Origin: Bacilli bacterium
GTDB taxonomy: Bacteria > Bacillota_I > Bacilli_A > ML615J-28 > CAG-313
DNA: 64,000 nt
Assembly (NCBI GenBank): GCA_900770645.1
Contig: CAAGKY010000102.1
Location: 1,053 to 65,052, forward strand
Reading direction: 5' to 3'
The notes below the pieces were generated by a model. It had not been told where the DNA came from, did no database searches, and worked only from the letters and a program-made list of their open reading frames with translations. Position numbers and translations under genes: made by a program. This document shows, one piece after another, positions 43,134 to 52,559 of the stretch. How positions within the stretch are numbered: position 1 is the first letter of the stretch; the number at the start of each line of letters is the position of its first letter.

Positions 43134-44123
43134 ATGAATAAAAAAAGAATGGTAAGCGGGATCAAGCCTACGGGAAAAATTTCAATCGGAAATTATTTAG
43201 GCGCAATTAAACAATTTATTAACTATCAAGATGAATATGATTTATATGTATTTATTGCTGATTTACATGCTCTAACTTTACCAATTGATCCGGAAGAATT
43301 AAAACAAAATATTGAAGATTTAGTTGCTATTTATTTAGCTTGTGGATTAGACCCAGAAAAATGTAAAATTTTTAAACAATCTCAAATAATTGGTCATACT
43401 GATTTAAGTTGGATTTTAACATGTAATTCTAATGTAGGTGATTTTACTAAAATGCCTCAATATAAAAATTATATTGAAAAAAATAGTACTAATGGTGTTC
43501 CAGCTGGAATGTTAATGTATCCAGCATTAATGGCAGCAGATATTTTATTATATGATGCTGATTACGTTCCTGTTGGAATTGATCAAATGCCTCATGTTGA
43601 TTTATGTAGAGATATGGCAGAAAAGTTTAATAAACGCTTTCCAGATACTTTTAAATTGCCTTCTGGTGTTTTAAATAGAACAACTAGTAAAATCATGAGT
43701 TTATCAAATCCAACGCGAAAAATGAGTAAATCTGAGTCTGATAAAGGAACAATTTATTTATTAGATGACATTGAAGTTTCTAAGAAAAAAATTATGAAAG
43801 CTTTAACAGATTCTGAAAATAAATTTTATTATGATCCTTTCTTAAAACCAGGCCTATCTAACTTAATTAATATTTATTCAGCATTATCTGGACAAGCTGT
43901 TGAAGAAGTTGTTGAACAATACAGAGATTCTGAAAATTATGGCGTTTTTAAAAGAGCTTTATGTGAACTGTTAGAAAAAGAATTACTTCCAATTCAAGAA
44001 AGAGTGAAAGAAATTAAAGAAAGTAAATCTTATGTTCAAGTATTACAAGATGGTAATTGGGCAGCTCACGATCTAGCTTTTTCAAAGATGAGAGAAGTTT
44101 ATAAAAAATTAGGTTTAAAGTAA
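43134..44123 (+). CDS. trpS: tryptophanyl-tRNA synthetase
   Basis: Near full-length collinear similarity to bacterial TrpRS. SGIKPTGKISIGNYLGA (HIGH-region equivalent), ADLHALT, MYPALMAADILLY, KMSKS. 329 aa. No TGA; all Trp codons are TGG. Confidence 0.95.
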   Translation: MNKKRMVSGIKPTGKISIGNYLGAIKQFINYQDEYDLYVFIADLHALTLPIDPEELKQNIEDLVAIYLACGLDPEKCKIFKQSQIIGHTDLSWILTCNSNVGDFTKMPQYKNYIEKNSTNGVPAGMLMYPALMAADILLYDADYVPVGIDQMPHVDLCRDMAEKFNKRFPDTFKLPSGVLNRTTSKIMSLSNPTRKMSKSESDKGTIYLLDDIEVSKKKIMKALTDSENKFYYDPFLKPGLSNLINIYSALSGQAVEEVVEQYRDSENYGVFKRALCELLEKELLPIQERVKEIKESKSYVQVLQDGNWAAHDLAFSKMREVYKKLGLK

Positions 44124-44510
44124 ATGAAACATTATTTTTATTTATTAGTTGCAGGATCTAGAGATTTTAATAACTATGATTTACTAGAAGAGTTCATTGA
44201 TTATTCTTTAAGATATAGAACTGAACCCATTTGTATCGTTTCAGGCGGTGCAAGAGGTGCTGATACATTTGCTAAGCAATATGCCATTGATAGAGGCTTT
44301 AGCTATATTGAATTTCCAGCAGATTGAAATAAATATGGAAAATCTGCAGGCTATATTAGAAACGAAGAAATGCATAAATTTATAGCTCAGTTTGAAAATA
44401 GAGGTGCAATATATTTCTGGGACGGAAAATCTCGAGGTACAGCTCATAATTTTGATTTAGATTTAAAATATAAGATTAAAAATTTTATTATAAAATATAA
44501 AGAACTTTAA
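44124..44510 (+). CDS. SLOG/DUF2493-like Rossmann protein
   Basis: VSGGARGADTFAKQYA motif. One in-frame TGA at 44325. Ends TAA at 44508. Confidence 0.45.
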
Positions 44511-44555
44511 AAATAAATATTGTATTATATTATATATAACACAGGAGGATTTATT

Positions 44556-45086
44556 ATGTTTAATATTAATTTCAATGCAAAAGATACAACTTGGACTCCA
44601 GCAATGGAAGAACATGCTAGAAAAGTAATTGAAAAAATCTTTACTCGCATTGCAATACCTACAGAAGCAAGTTTTTTTGTTAAAACATCGATTATCGATA
44701 AGAAAACAAAAATGATTAAAGTTGAATTAAGTGGTGCTGGATTTAGAGCTCAAAGTGTAAATAAAGATTTTTATGCAGCAATGACCGCTGTAACTAATAA
44801 ATTTAAATCTTTAATATTAAAACAAAATAAAAAATATGTAACAAAGAAAAAACATATTACTTTTGATGATGATAGTTTCTTAGAAAACGATTCTATCGAT
44901 GTTAATAATTTAATTACTAAAGAAAAAGTATTTATCATTGATGAGTGCTCTTTAGAAAAAGCTATAACAAAATTTGAGCAAACAGACTACTCATTCTATA
45001 TTTTTAAAGAGTTAGATTCAGATGATGAAATGGCTGTATTATATAGACGTGCTGATGATACTCTTGGTATTATTAGATGTCGCTAG
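44556..45086 (+). CDS. hpf: ribosome hibernation promoting factor (HPF/RaiA, long form)
   Basis: AGGAGG RBS. N-terminus MFNINFNAKDTTWTPAMEEHARKVIEKI and FYAAMTAVTNKFKSLILKQNKK are collinear with bacterial HPF/YfiA. Confidence 0.65.
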   Translation: MFNINFNAKDTTWTPAMEEHARKVIEKIFTRIAIPTEASFFVKTSIIDKKTKMIKVELSGAGFRAQSVNKDFYAAMTAVTNKFKSLILKQNKKYVTKKKHITFDDDSFLENDSIDVNNLITKEKVFIIDECSLEKAITKFEQTDYSFYIFKELDSDDEMAVLYRRADDTLGIIRCR

Positions 45087-45095
45087 GAGATAGTT

Positions 45096-45452
45096 ATGAC
45101 AGAAATTAAAAGTTATTCTATTTCAGCTGAAAATAAATTATATAAGTATGAACAATTTGCAAGAGTTCATGATAATATATATGATCAATTTGCAAAAAAT
45201 GTTGATAAATATTATGATTCAGAAATTGAAGAAAATGTTGCAAAATTAAAAGAAGCTTGGTATCAACTAAGCCAACAGTGGGAAGTAGATCCTTTATTAG
45301 TTAATGATGAATCTATTGCTAAATTACAAGATATGACTATTTTATCTATAAACCAAATTGCCAAAGTTAGAGATAGATACATATCAGCAGTTCAAAGACC
45401 TACTATTGTTTGTCCAGCTGTTGAGGCAGTTGAAAAATTAAAAAATAATTAA
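45096..45452 (+). CDS. hypothetical protein
   Basis: ORF with a GGAGATAG RBS. Confidence 0.45.
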   Translation: MTEIKSYSISAENKLYKYEQFARVHDNIYDQFAKNVDKYYDSEIEENVAKLKEAWYQLSQQWEVDPLLVNDESIAKLQDMTILSINQIAKVRDRYISAVQRPTIVCPAVEAVEKLKNN

Positions 45453-45480
45453 ATAATTTATTAAAATTGTAAAAATAATA

Positions 45481-45498
45481 TTGTATAATATTATGTAA
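45481..45498 (+). promoter_or_regulatory. extended -10 promoter TTGTATAATATTATGTAA
   Basis: Consensus copy upstream of an ORF-free structured segment. Confidence 0.5.
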
Positions 45499-45499
45499 C

Positions 45500-45690
45500 T
45501 AATTTTCCTACTTAAGGCTGCTGTACAGAGTCTTAGACAAAAGAAAATGCAAGGTGAAACCTATTTCTAGCAGGTTCTAATTGGGGAGTAGCCACCTATA
45601 TGATCAATTAGTTTTCTGGTGAGAACAATCCGCTGCAGCTAGGACATCTAGGCAGGTTCAATTCCTATATTGATCACTTAATTTATATTC
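45500..45690 (+). ncRNA. candidate ncRNA with a degenerate tRNA-like 3' module
   Basis: ORF-free. Perfect 7-bp acceptor-like pairing GATCAAT...ATTGATC flanks a TTCAATT T-loop-like motif. No anticodon arm. GCTGCAGC palindrome. Confidence 0.3.
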
Positions 45691-45854
45691 ATTAAACTAA
45701 TATAGCGTTTTTTAGAAATTATATTATTAATTTCATCATATAGGCGTTCTTATATGATTAAGAGAAGATTCTTTAAAATAATGATAAATCATTATTTATT
45801 TTGTTAATTTGTTTCACACAGAGTATATTAGTTTAATTTTTTTGAGGTAATTAA

Positions 45855-46256
45855 ATGAAATTTCAAATGTTATTAGATCAATATGAAACAATGCTTAATA
45901 TTCTAAATATTCATCAACAAAGAGACAGAAAACCAGTTGATTGGATTTTAGGAGCACATTGGGCAAACTCTATTTGGTTTAGAGAGTCAAAATTATTTTG
46001 CAAAGATTTTCCTAAAATGGAGTCATTAACAGAAGAAGAAGCAAATAATTATATTGACAAAGAGACAAATGAAAAAGCTTCATTTAGATTAAAATATAGA
46101 GATAAAATAATTCCAATTTGGGTAGATGATGCTGGACAACAATTTTATGCTATTTATGAAGACACATTATTTAGCTCTGGCTCATATTGTTTATGCCCAG
46201 AAATTGTTTTATCAGACCAAATAGATTCAATTATTGATCAAGAATTTTTAGATTAA
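45855..46256 (+). CDS. hypothetical protein
   Basis: ORF with a GAGGTAA RBS. Confidence 0.45.
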   Translation: MKFQMLLDQYETMLNILNIHQQRDRKPVDWILGAHWANSIWFRESKLFCKDFPKMESLTEEEANNYIDKETNEKASFRLKYRDKIIPIWVDDAGQQFYAIYEDTLFSSGSYCLCPEIVLSDQIDSIIDQEFLD

Positions 46257-46458
46257 TTTAGTTTTTAAATATGTCAATGTGAACAAATTAAATAATTTTT
46301 AGCTAAAATTATTTATATTAATTTGAGAGGTCACTGTAAAGTCAGACACTGCGGAAATCGGCGCAGAATAGAGTTTCCCATTGGTACCTAAATAACTCGA
46401 TAAAAATGCAAATGGGCGAGTGTAAAGAGAGACCAAAGACGTATTTATTTTTATAAAC

Positions 46459-46549
46459 GGAGAATTACCCAAGCGGCTGAAGGGGCGGGCTTGGAAAGCT
46501 CGTAGGTCGGTAACACGGCGCCAGGGTTCGAAACCCTGATTCTCCGCCA
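46459..46549 (+). tRNA. tRNA-Ser(GGA), type II
   Basis: Acceptor GGAGAAT/ATTCTCC. Anticodon arm CGGGC-TTGGAAA-GCTCG. Long variable arm. T-arm CAGGG-TTCGAAA-CCCTG. Encoded GCCA. Confidence 0.85.
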
Positions 46550-46553
46550 TTTT

Positions 46554-46646
46554 GGAGATTTACTCAAGTCGGTGAAGAGGACGGTTTGCTAAACCGTTAG
46601 GCCGGTGAAAATCGGTGCGAGAGTTCGAACCTCTCAGTCTCCGCCA
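46554..46646 (+). tRNA. tRNA-Ser(GCU), type II
   Basis: Acceptor GGAGATT/AGTCTCC. Anticodon arm ACGGT-TTGCTAA-ACCGT. T-arm GAGAG-TTCGAAC-CTCTC. Encoded GCCA. Confidence 0.8.
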
Positions 46647-46652
46647 TTATAT

Positions 46653-46727
46653 AGGGCTTTAGCCAAGCGGTAAGGCATCAGACTTTGACTCTGACATTCG
46701 TTGGTTCAAATCCATCAGGTCCTGCCA
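46653..46727 (+). tRNA. tRNA-Gln(UUG)
   Basis: Acceptor AGGGCTT/AGGTCCT with G-U pairs. Anticodon arm TCAGA-CTTTGAC-TCTGA. T-loop TTCAAAT. Encoded GCCA. Confidence 0.65.
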
Positions 46728-46802
46728 ATTATCAAATTGAGTCACTTTTTATTATGAATTCTTTATTTGATTTTTCGACGGAAATGTTATTTAAGGACAA
46801 TT

Positions 46803-46902
46803 CTTTTAAAAAGCGGGACTGCTCAACTAATGATAGATTCGCGGTATGATTTAGTTGTGTTGGTAGTTCGATCCTGCCCAATTTGACCGTAATAGTCATT
46901 GC
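46803..46902 (+). other. tRNA-like T-arm remnant plus 8-bp hairpin
   Basis: GGTAG-TTCGATC-CTGCC T-arm-like with no complementary acceptor found. Followed by GTAATAGT-CATTGCGT-ACTATTAC hairpin. Confidence 0.2.
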
Positions 46903-47005
46903 GTACTATTACTCTATGCCTAAGGTGAGATTATTTATTTAATCTGCTTCGTTCTAACAGTATTTTTGGACTGTAATCCTATTTGAGCCTTAATAGGTAA
47001 TTTAT

Positions 47006-47077
47006 GGATATTTAGTGTATGTGGTCAGCACATTAGCTTTATGCCGTGAAGAGTTGGTTCGAGTCCAACAATATCCA
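47006..47077 (+). tRNA. degenerate tRNA-like element (acceptor, D-arm and T-arm intact; no anticodon stem)
   Basis: Perfect acceptor GGATATT/AATATCC. D-stem GTGT/GCAC. T-arm GTTGG-TTCGAGT-CCAAC. Region 28-46 has no complementary 4-mers. Confidence 0.35.
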
Positions 47078-49250
47078 TCGGATCGTACTCTAGAAATCTT
47101 CGGAACTAGGGTTAGCAATTATGCTTAAAATAATCGCGCCACAGGTTGTGACAGGGGTGGTTGTACGAAGAAGCAGGTGTACGTAAAATAACCAAGGATT
47201 ATTAAGATGAGTCAGTGCGGACCACCTGAGGGTTGAAGAAGGCATGGAATAACCATTGGTCTTAATAATGAATTACAAAAACCAGTAATACCACAATGGC
47301 CGTAAACCGTATACGACTCTGGTTGAAGTAGGAGGCACATCGCTGAAATGCGAAGTTAACAAGTAAAAACGGTTTGAGTCAGGGTGATATCTGACAAGTA
47401 CCAGGTGGTAATGGTCATATTGTATAGGTTTTTAATAAGTTTATACTATACAAAATTATGGAGTATTATAAGTTTTTATAGCACCCCTATAAAAAGAGGC
47501 CCTTATAGTACAGAATTATAAAATAACTTAATAGTCGTTGAAAGTGGTATCCATCGGCTGGGATTGAATAGAGTTATAAGATACCCTCTATTCCGGATAC
47601 GTTTAAGGGTAAGACGATAACGAGGCCTATTATTTGGCTAATAATAGGGAAAACCCTTTTGGATCATACTTTAGTTTCTTCGGAGCTAAGGTTTTAAAAA
47701 ATTATTGGGCTGGGCGAAAGCTCTTGGTCCACCAACGACGGGGAATTGCCTCGTCTGGTGTTCAGCGAAAGCTGATAAGTTTATTAAGGGCGAAAGGTGT
47801 TGCGACACCAAGTAGCGATATACACGAGGTTGCGGAGATGCATGTGCGACTCATACAACACCGGCAGGGGGCTAGTTTAAGAGTACAATACCGCTCAGTG
47901 TATAGCTAGGCAACGTAAGTTGTAACAGATAATTCGAGAGTGGTAGAATTTTTGGGTTATCTTAAACGTATTTCTGCGGCAGCAATTGAGCTGTTCTAAG
48001 GAATATAAGAGTATTCAATATGTGTCATGGAGAATACTGCATTTAGGTGTTAGGAACGGACTGTAAGTAAGAAGACAGTATCAGAGATTTAACGACTGAT
48101 TTAGACTTCTTCTCCCTGACTAATTAAATGGAGTGTGATGAACAGCCTAAAATTGTTAAACGGTTCGGGTATACATCGAGAGTATACATTGCTAATCTGT
48201 GGATTAGTTATCTTATTAGTTTCCTGTTCATTTGTGAATTGAGGTAAAGCAATAAGCAAAAGCTAATAATTTTGATCACTTACCGTTGGTGAGATGTGAC
48301 CTCCACTTGGTTGATAACTAGAGTGGCATTAAACTGCCGAATGACTATTCCTTGGGCCAAGGATACGGAAACCTCAGAAGCGGAAATCGCTAACCGTGAT
48401 TGTCATTGCACGTCGGAAACCCTTTTCCGTAAAATTGGGGACTTAATAGTAACTAGGTTAAAAAACTACTATTGATGTCGCGTATCGTCAGCCGATCTAG
48501 TAGGCTTGTGTTAGTACTAACAGGGACGCTCTCTGTAATCCTACAAGCGATAGTAGGTAATTTTATTATAGTGGCTTTTGTATTAGACATTAGTTATTTA
48601 TAATAAAATTTATAACAAGTGTGGTTTCTACTATAAGTGAGGCCAACTAGCAGTAAGTCTAATTTTATATTTAGGATGTCGACAGATATAGATTAGCAAC
48701 TAGTATATATTTCTATTATTATATAATTCCTGGCAGCGCTAGGTTTAGCAAAGTTGAACGTAAAAAGATGGGTGTCTCAGTTCTAAGAAGTAAGTTATAT
48801 AAAATAGAAATTTGTAGACTTCTCCATCAGGCCTCTGCCTTTTGGTATGCACACTTGATGGCGATCTGCCAAATAGATCCATACACGCCGCCATTGTTGT
48901 TTTTGGGTTAATGTACTATTGAGCATGCAGGTCTTTGGACTTCAGTAGAGTTAACTCTGTGGTAATAAGTCTGTTTGTCAGACTCGGCGTACCATGTATG
49001 GCCATTTAATGCTCTTCAGGCAGTCTGTAAGAGTAGTATAGTAGTAAATTTTCTTCCCGCACCTCGGCAAGACAGCGAGACAGTTTGTGCATGTGCCCCA
49101 GGGAAGCAGAGCTTGATATCTCTATCGTCTCAAAAGTTATCCGTAACATTGAGCGCAGGTAAGCTAATTTAGTCTTGACCTGGACCGTGATAAAAACTTC
49201 CTTTACGTGAATGAGGACCTGACTGAGGATATGTTAGAAGTCAGAGCGCT
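47078..49250 (+). ncRNA. about 2.1-kb ORF-free, GC-elevated segment between tRNA genes: candidate giant structured ncRNA(s) or intron
   Basis: No ORF over 91 aa in any frame even allowing TGA. The two track ORFs (47634..47909, 48975..49172) lack an RBS and end at TAG. GC clearly above the genome background. Multiple GNRA-type hairpins (ACGGAAACCT, AGCGGAAATCGCT, CGGAAACCC). Internal promoter-like TATATAAT at about 48700 followed by TCCTGGCAGCGCTAGG. Confidence 0.45.
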
Positions 49251-49335
<85 letters not shown>

Positions 49336-49357
49336 TTTATAACAATTTAAATTAAGA

Positions 49358-49798
49358 GTGATTTTTATGAAAAATAAAGAAGAAAAATTAGAGATTAAAG
49401 CTAGAAAACAAGAGAAAAAAAGATTTTTCAAATGGCTTAGACAAAAACGTAAAGTTTATTTAAAATTCTTTAAGTCTTGGGCCCCATGGGACTCTTATTA
49501 TATCTATACTCCTCTTAAAATGATGCTACAAGATTTTTATGAATACTATAAAAACGGTGATTGGGTTATGGGAATTCCAATAACTACTGATGAAAATGGT
49601 AATTGTATTCAAAAAGATGATAGATTAGATACTTTAAAGATAGTATTAGATTTAATTCAAAAAGCTGAAGATTTAGAAGATAAAACAGATACTATTTTAG
49701 ATATAAATGAAGCAAATGCTATTTGGGAAGAAGCTAATAAAACTTTAGTTGAAGCTTTTGCTTTTATGGCTAAACATATGAGTAGTTGGTGGGATTAA
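49358..49798 (+). CDS. hypothetical protein
   Basis: ORF immediately after the tRNA. Confidence 0.45.
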   Translation: MIFMKNKEEKLEIKARKQEKKRFFKWLRQKRKVYLKFFKSWAPWDSYYIYTPLKMMLQDFYEYYKNGDWVMGIPITTDENGNCIQKDDRLDTLKIVLDLIQKAEDLEDKTDTILDINEANAIWEEANKTLVEAFAFMAKHMSSWWD

Positions 49799-49800
49799 TT

Positions 49801-50115
49801 ATGAAAAAATCAGAAGCTATTTATAAAGTAATTACTTTAGATATTAGAAGTGATAAATGGATGGATTTTTCTTCCGAAATGGCTGCTTGGTATTATTTAT
49901 TAGAAGATGCTATTTCATGCGTAGAAAATAATGCTTGCGATATTCAAGATCATGCTTATAATTATGCACTTATTTCTTCAAGTAGAGAAGGTTGTTATGG
50001 ATTTTATGATGAAGAACTTTATTGGTACAAATGGAATAAAGATTCTGAAAAGTGGATTCAAATTTCATTAGACGAACGCCCTGAAGCTTGTAAGCAGCTA
50101 CATATTATTGGTTAA
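49801..50115 (+). CDS. hypothetical protein
   Basis: ATG at 49801 (MKKSEAIYK), overlapping the upstream stop. Confidence 0.45.
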   Translation: MKKSEAIYKVITLDIRSDKWMDFSSEMAAWYYLLEDAISCVENNACDIQDHAYNYALISSSREGCYGFYDEELYWYKWNKDSEKWIQISLDERPEACKQLHIIG

Positions 50116-50126
50116 AGTACCTAGTA

Positions 50127-50200
50127 GCCCCTTTAGTTAAAAGGTATAACGAAGCAATGGTAATGCTTAATTCCAAGTTCAATTCTTGGTTGGGGCACCA
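50127..50200 (+). tRNA. tRNA-Thr(GGU), two acceptor-stem mismatches
   Basis: D-stem GTTA/TAAC. Anticodon arm AAGCA-ATGGTAA-TGCTT. T-arm CCAAG-TTCAATT-CTTGG. Encoded ACCA. Acceptor GCCCCTT/TTGGGGC has T-T mismatches at 6-67 and 7-66. Confidence 0.55.
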
Positions 50201-50272
50201 TATTTTTAAAATTCTCTTAATTTTTATTTGCTAAATTTATTATTGTTAAATTTAATTCGGAGGATTAGAAAT

Positions 50273-50482
50273 ATGAAATATTATTATAAGTTAAAAGTTA
50301 ATAAAAATTCATTTCTTTCAGTCTGTAGAAAATTTAAATCTAGAAATGCAGCTTTAAATTATATGTTTAAGAAGTTACCAAGTAATTCAGAATTAGATTA
50401 TGAAAACATAATTTCAAAACATAATATCGAGTATGTGTGTACAGATCATCATAGATTTTCTATAGAGCGTTGTACAGCTTAA
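50273..50482 (+). CDS. small hypothetical protein
   Basis: GGAGGATTAGAAATATG RBS. Confidence 0.4.
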   Translation: MKYYYKLKVNKNSFLSVCRKFKSRNAALNYMFKKLPSNSELDYENIISKHNIEYVCTDHHRFSIERCTA

Positions 50483-50624
50483 TTGCTTAGAAGAATTTCC
50501 TCCAATATTTTCATAAGGAGGATAAATTTATGTGAAAGAAAATTGCAGAATTTTTAGAATGACTTGCGGAAATCTTAGTTATTTGTGATGTGAATCCTAA
50601 TGATATTCGTTAGTTACTAATTAT

Positions 50625-50648
50625 CAGCAGCAACATGCTGTTTTTTTT
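50625..50648 (+). terminator. rho-independent terminator
   Basis: Stem CAGCA-GCAACA-TGCTG followed by T9. Confidence 0.55.
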
Positions 50649-50750
50649 ATATTTATTTTTTAATTAGACTTAATGTAATTGATTCGATTTAGAAACTATC
50701 CACCAAATATTTGCTAAATTAAATGTATTTAGTTAATTTAAGGAGTTTTT

Positions 50751-51731
50751 ATGAAAGTAATTAAGACATATATTTGCGAATGTAACAGAGAATTTAGTAA
50801 CCCACAAAGCTTTAACGGCCATAAGAGTCACTGCAAAATTCATATGATAGCTACAAATAAATATGATAAGTTTTTACAAGATGATAACATACGTCATGAA
50901 AAACAGAGAGCTACTATACAATATAAAAAAATAAATCAATTAAAAATAGCTGAACAAAATAGTGAAAACAATACAAAAATCTGAAAAGCTAAAAAATATA
51001 CTTGCGAAAAGTGTGGAAAAGTGATGACTGAAAAATTTGGCTCAGGTAGATTTTGTTCAAGAGCTTGTGCTAACAGTCGAAATCATTCAGAAGAAACAAA
51101 GAATAAAATTAAATTATCAAATACTGGAAAAACATTTATTTCTTCAAAAGTTGTTGATAGAGAAATTGCTATTGAACTATATAATCAATCTCCAAAATAT
51201 TGTATTGATTGCAATACTTCATTACCCTTTGAGCGTCGTAAAAAAGACAGATGTTTAGACTGTGCAGATATTCATAAAAGACAGTTGTTATCAATAAACT
51301 CAAAAAAATGAGTTGAAATCTATGGAGGTAACATAAACAAATTTGGCACAAGAGGCCGAGCTAAATACGGTTGATATAAAGGTTTTCATTGTGATAGCTC
51401 TTTTGAATTAGCTTATGTTGTGTATTGTCTAGAACATGGTATAAATATTCAGAGAAATAAACAAGGTTTTGAATATGAATATAATGATAAAAAGCATTTA
51501 TACTATCCAGATTTTATTGTAGATGATACATATATCGAAATAAAAAATTATTGAAGCTCTGAAGTGCAAGCTAAGATAAATTATTTTCCTAAGAATTTAA
51601 ACTATAAAATTTTATATAAAAAAGATCTGACAAGTATATTATCTTTTGTTATTGAGAAGTATGGGTGTGACTACACGGCAGCTCTCTATGATAGAACCCT
51701 ACCAAGTTATTTAGATAAAAATAAGAAGTAA
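50751..51731 (+). CDS. homing-endonuclease-like protein: C2H2-like zinc finger, NUMOD3 motif, PD-(D/E)xK-like C-terminal domain; several in-frame TGAs
   Basis: One frame through TGAs at 50982, 51309, 51369 and 51552 to TAA at 51729. CECNREF...HKSHC. GSGRFCSRACANSRNHSEETKNKIKLSNTGK (NUMOD3). YYPDFIVDDTYIEIK. Confidence 0.65.
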
Positions 51732-51821
51732 TTCATAAATGAGGCTTATTATAGTCTCATTTTTTTTATTTTTATTTATTTGCTAAATTAATTGATAAAT
51801 TTGAAGTATAGGAGTTTTACT

Positions 51822-52448
51822 ATGATTAATACTATTCAATTACGTAAAATGTTAGGTTGATTAGGTATGTTATTACCTTGGATTGTTGCCGCTTTATATA
51901 TGATTTTTGAAGTTGGCCGTTTTGTTTTTCCACAATCAATTTCAGCAACTTATTATGAAAGTAGTTGTATTACACCATTTATGATTATTTTAGGATCAGC
52001 TGGAATTTTATTAATTTGTTATGAAGGATATGATAAGCAAGATAATATTATTTGTACAATTGCAGGATTTTTTGGTTTAGGAATTTGTATTTTCCCATGT
52101 GATAATGCTGCTCTTGATAGAGTTGGAACTTTTCAATTACCTACAATGGTAAGTCATTGATTACATATGATTTTTGCAATAGCGTTCTTTGCATTATTAT
52201 CTTATAACTCATTATTCTTATTTACTAAATCTAGTGGTGAAATGACAAAAGAGAAAAAAATAAGAAATATTATTTTTAGAGTTTGTGGTATAGGAATGAT
52301 TGCATCATTTGTTTTAATTATTCCACTTTCATTAATTAATTATGGATCAACTTTCTGGTTAGTGGAAGCAATCGCATTAATGTTCTTTGGAATTAGCTGA
52401 TTAACTAAATCACAATGTTATAAGTGATTATTTAAAGACAAAGAATAG
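51822..52448 (+). CDS. polytopic membrane protein (about 6 TM helices), TGA-containing
   Basis: GGAG RBS. One frame across TGAs at 51855, 52158 and 52398 to TAG at 52446. Confidence 0.6.
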
Positions 52449-52496
52449 AGTAATTTATAATTTTTCTATAACTAACTGTGATATTTACACGAAAAA

Positions 52497-52540
52497 AACT
52501 GTATATTATTATATAACTGTAATATACAGTTTTTATTTTG
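52497..52540 (+). terminator. rho-independent terminator
   Basis: Stem AACTGTATAT/ATATACAGTT followed by TTTTATTTT. Confidence 0.55.
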
Positions 52541-52559
52541 ACTAGAGGAGAGTGTAAAT

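Noticed and set aside
46299-46550. Minus-strand ORF 46299..46550
   Set aside because: Covers tRNA-Ser(GGA); GC-rich tRNA sequence read as protein.
47634-49172. Track ORFs 47634..47909 and 48975..49172 within the 2.1-kb segment
   Set aside because: No RBS. Composition (Arg/Gly-rich from GC-rich DNA) is unlike every other gene here. They end at TAG and TAA, not TGA, so they cannot be joined by recoding.
47078-49250. rRNA fragment, RNase P RNA or CRISPR array in the ORF-free segment
   Set aside because: No 16S/23S universal motifs (GTGCCAGCAGCCGCGGTAA and the like). No RNase P P4 / GGAAAGUCCGG core. No direct repeats with regular spacing.
51037-51351. Alternative-frame ORFs 51037..51258 (+) and 51169..51351 (-)
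   Set aside because: Embedded in the NUMOD3 endonuclease gene, whose frame has recognisable motifs.
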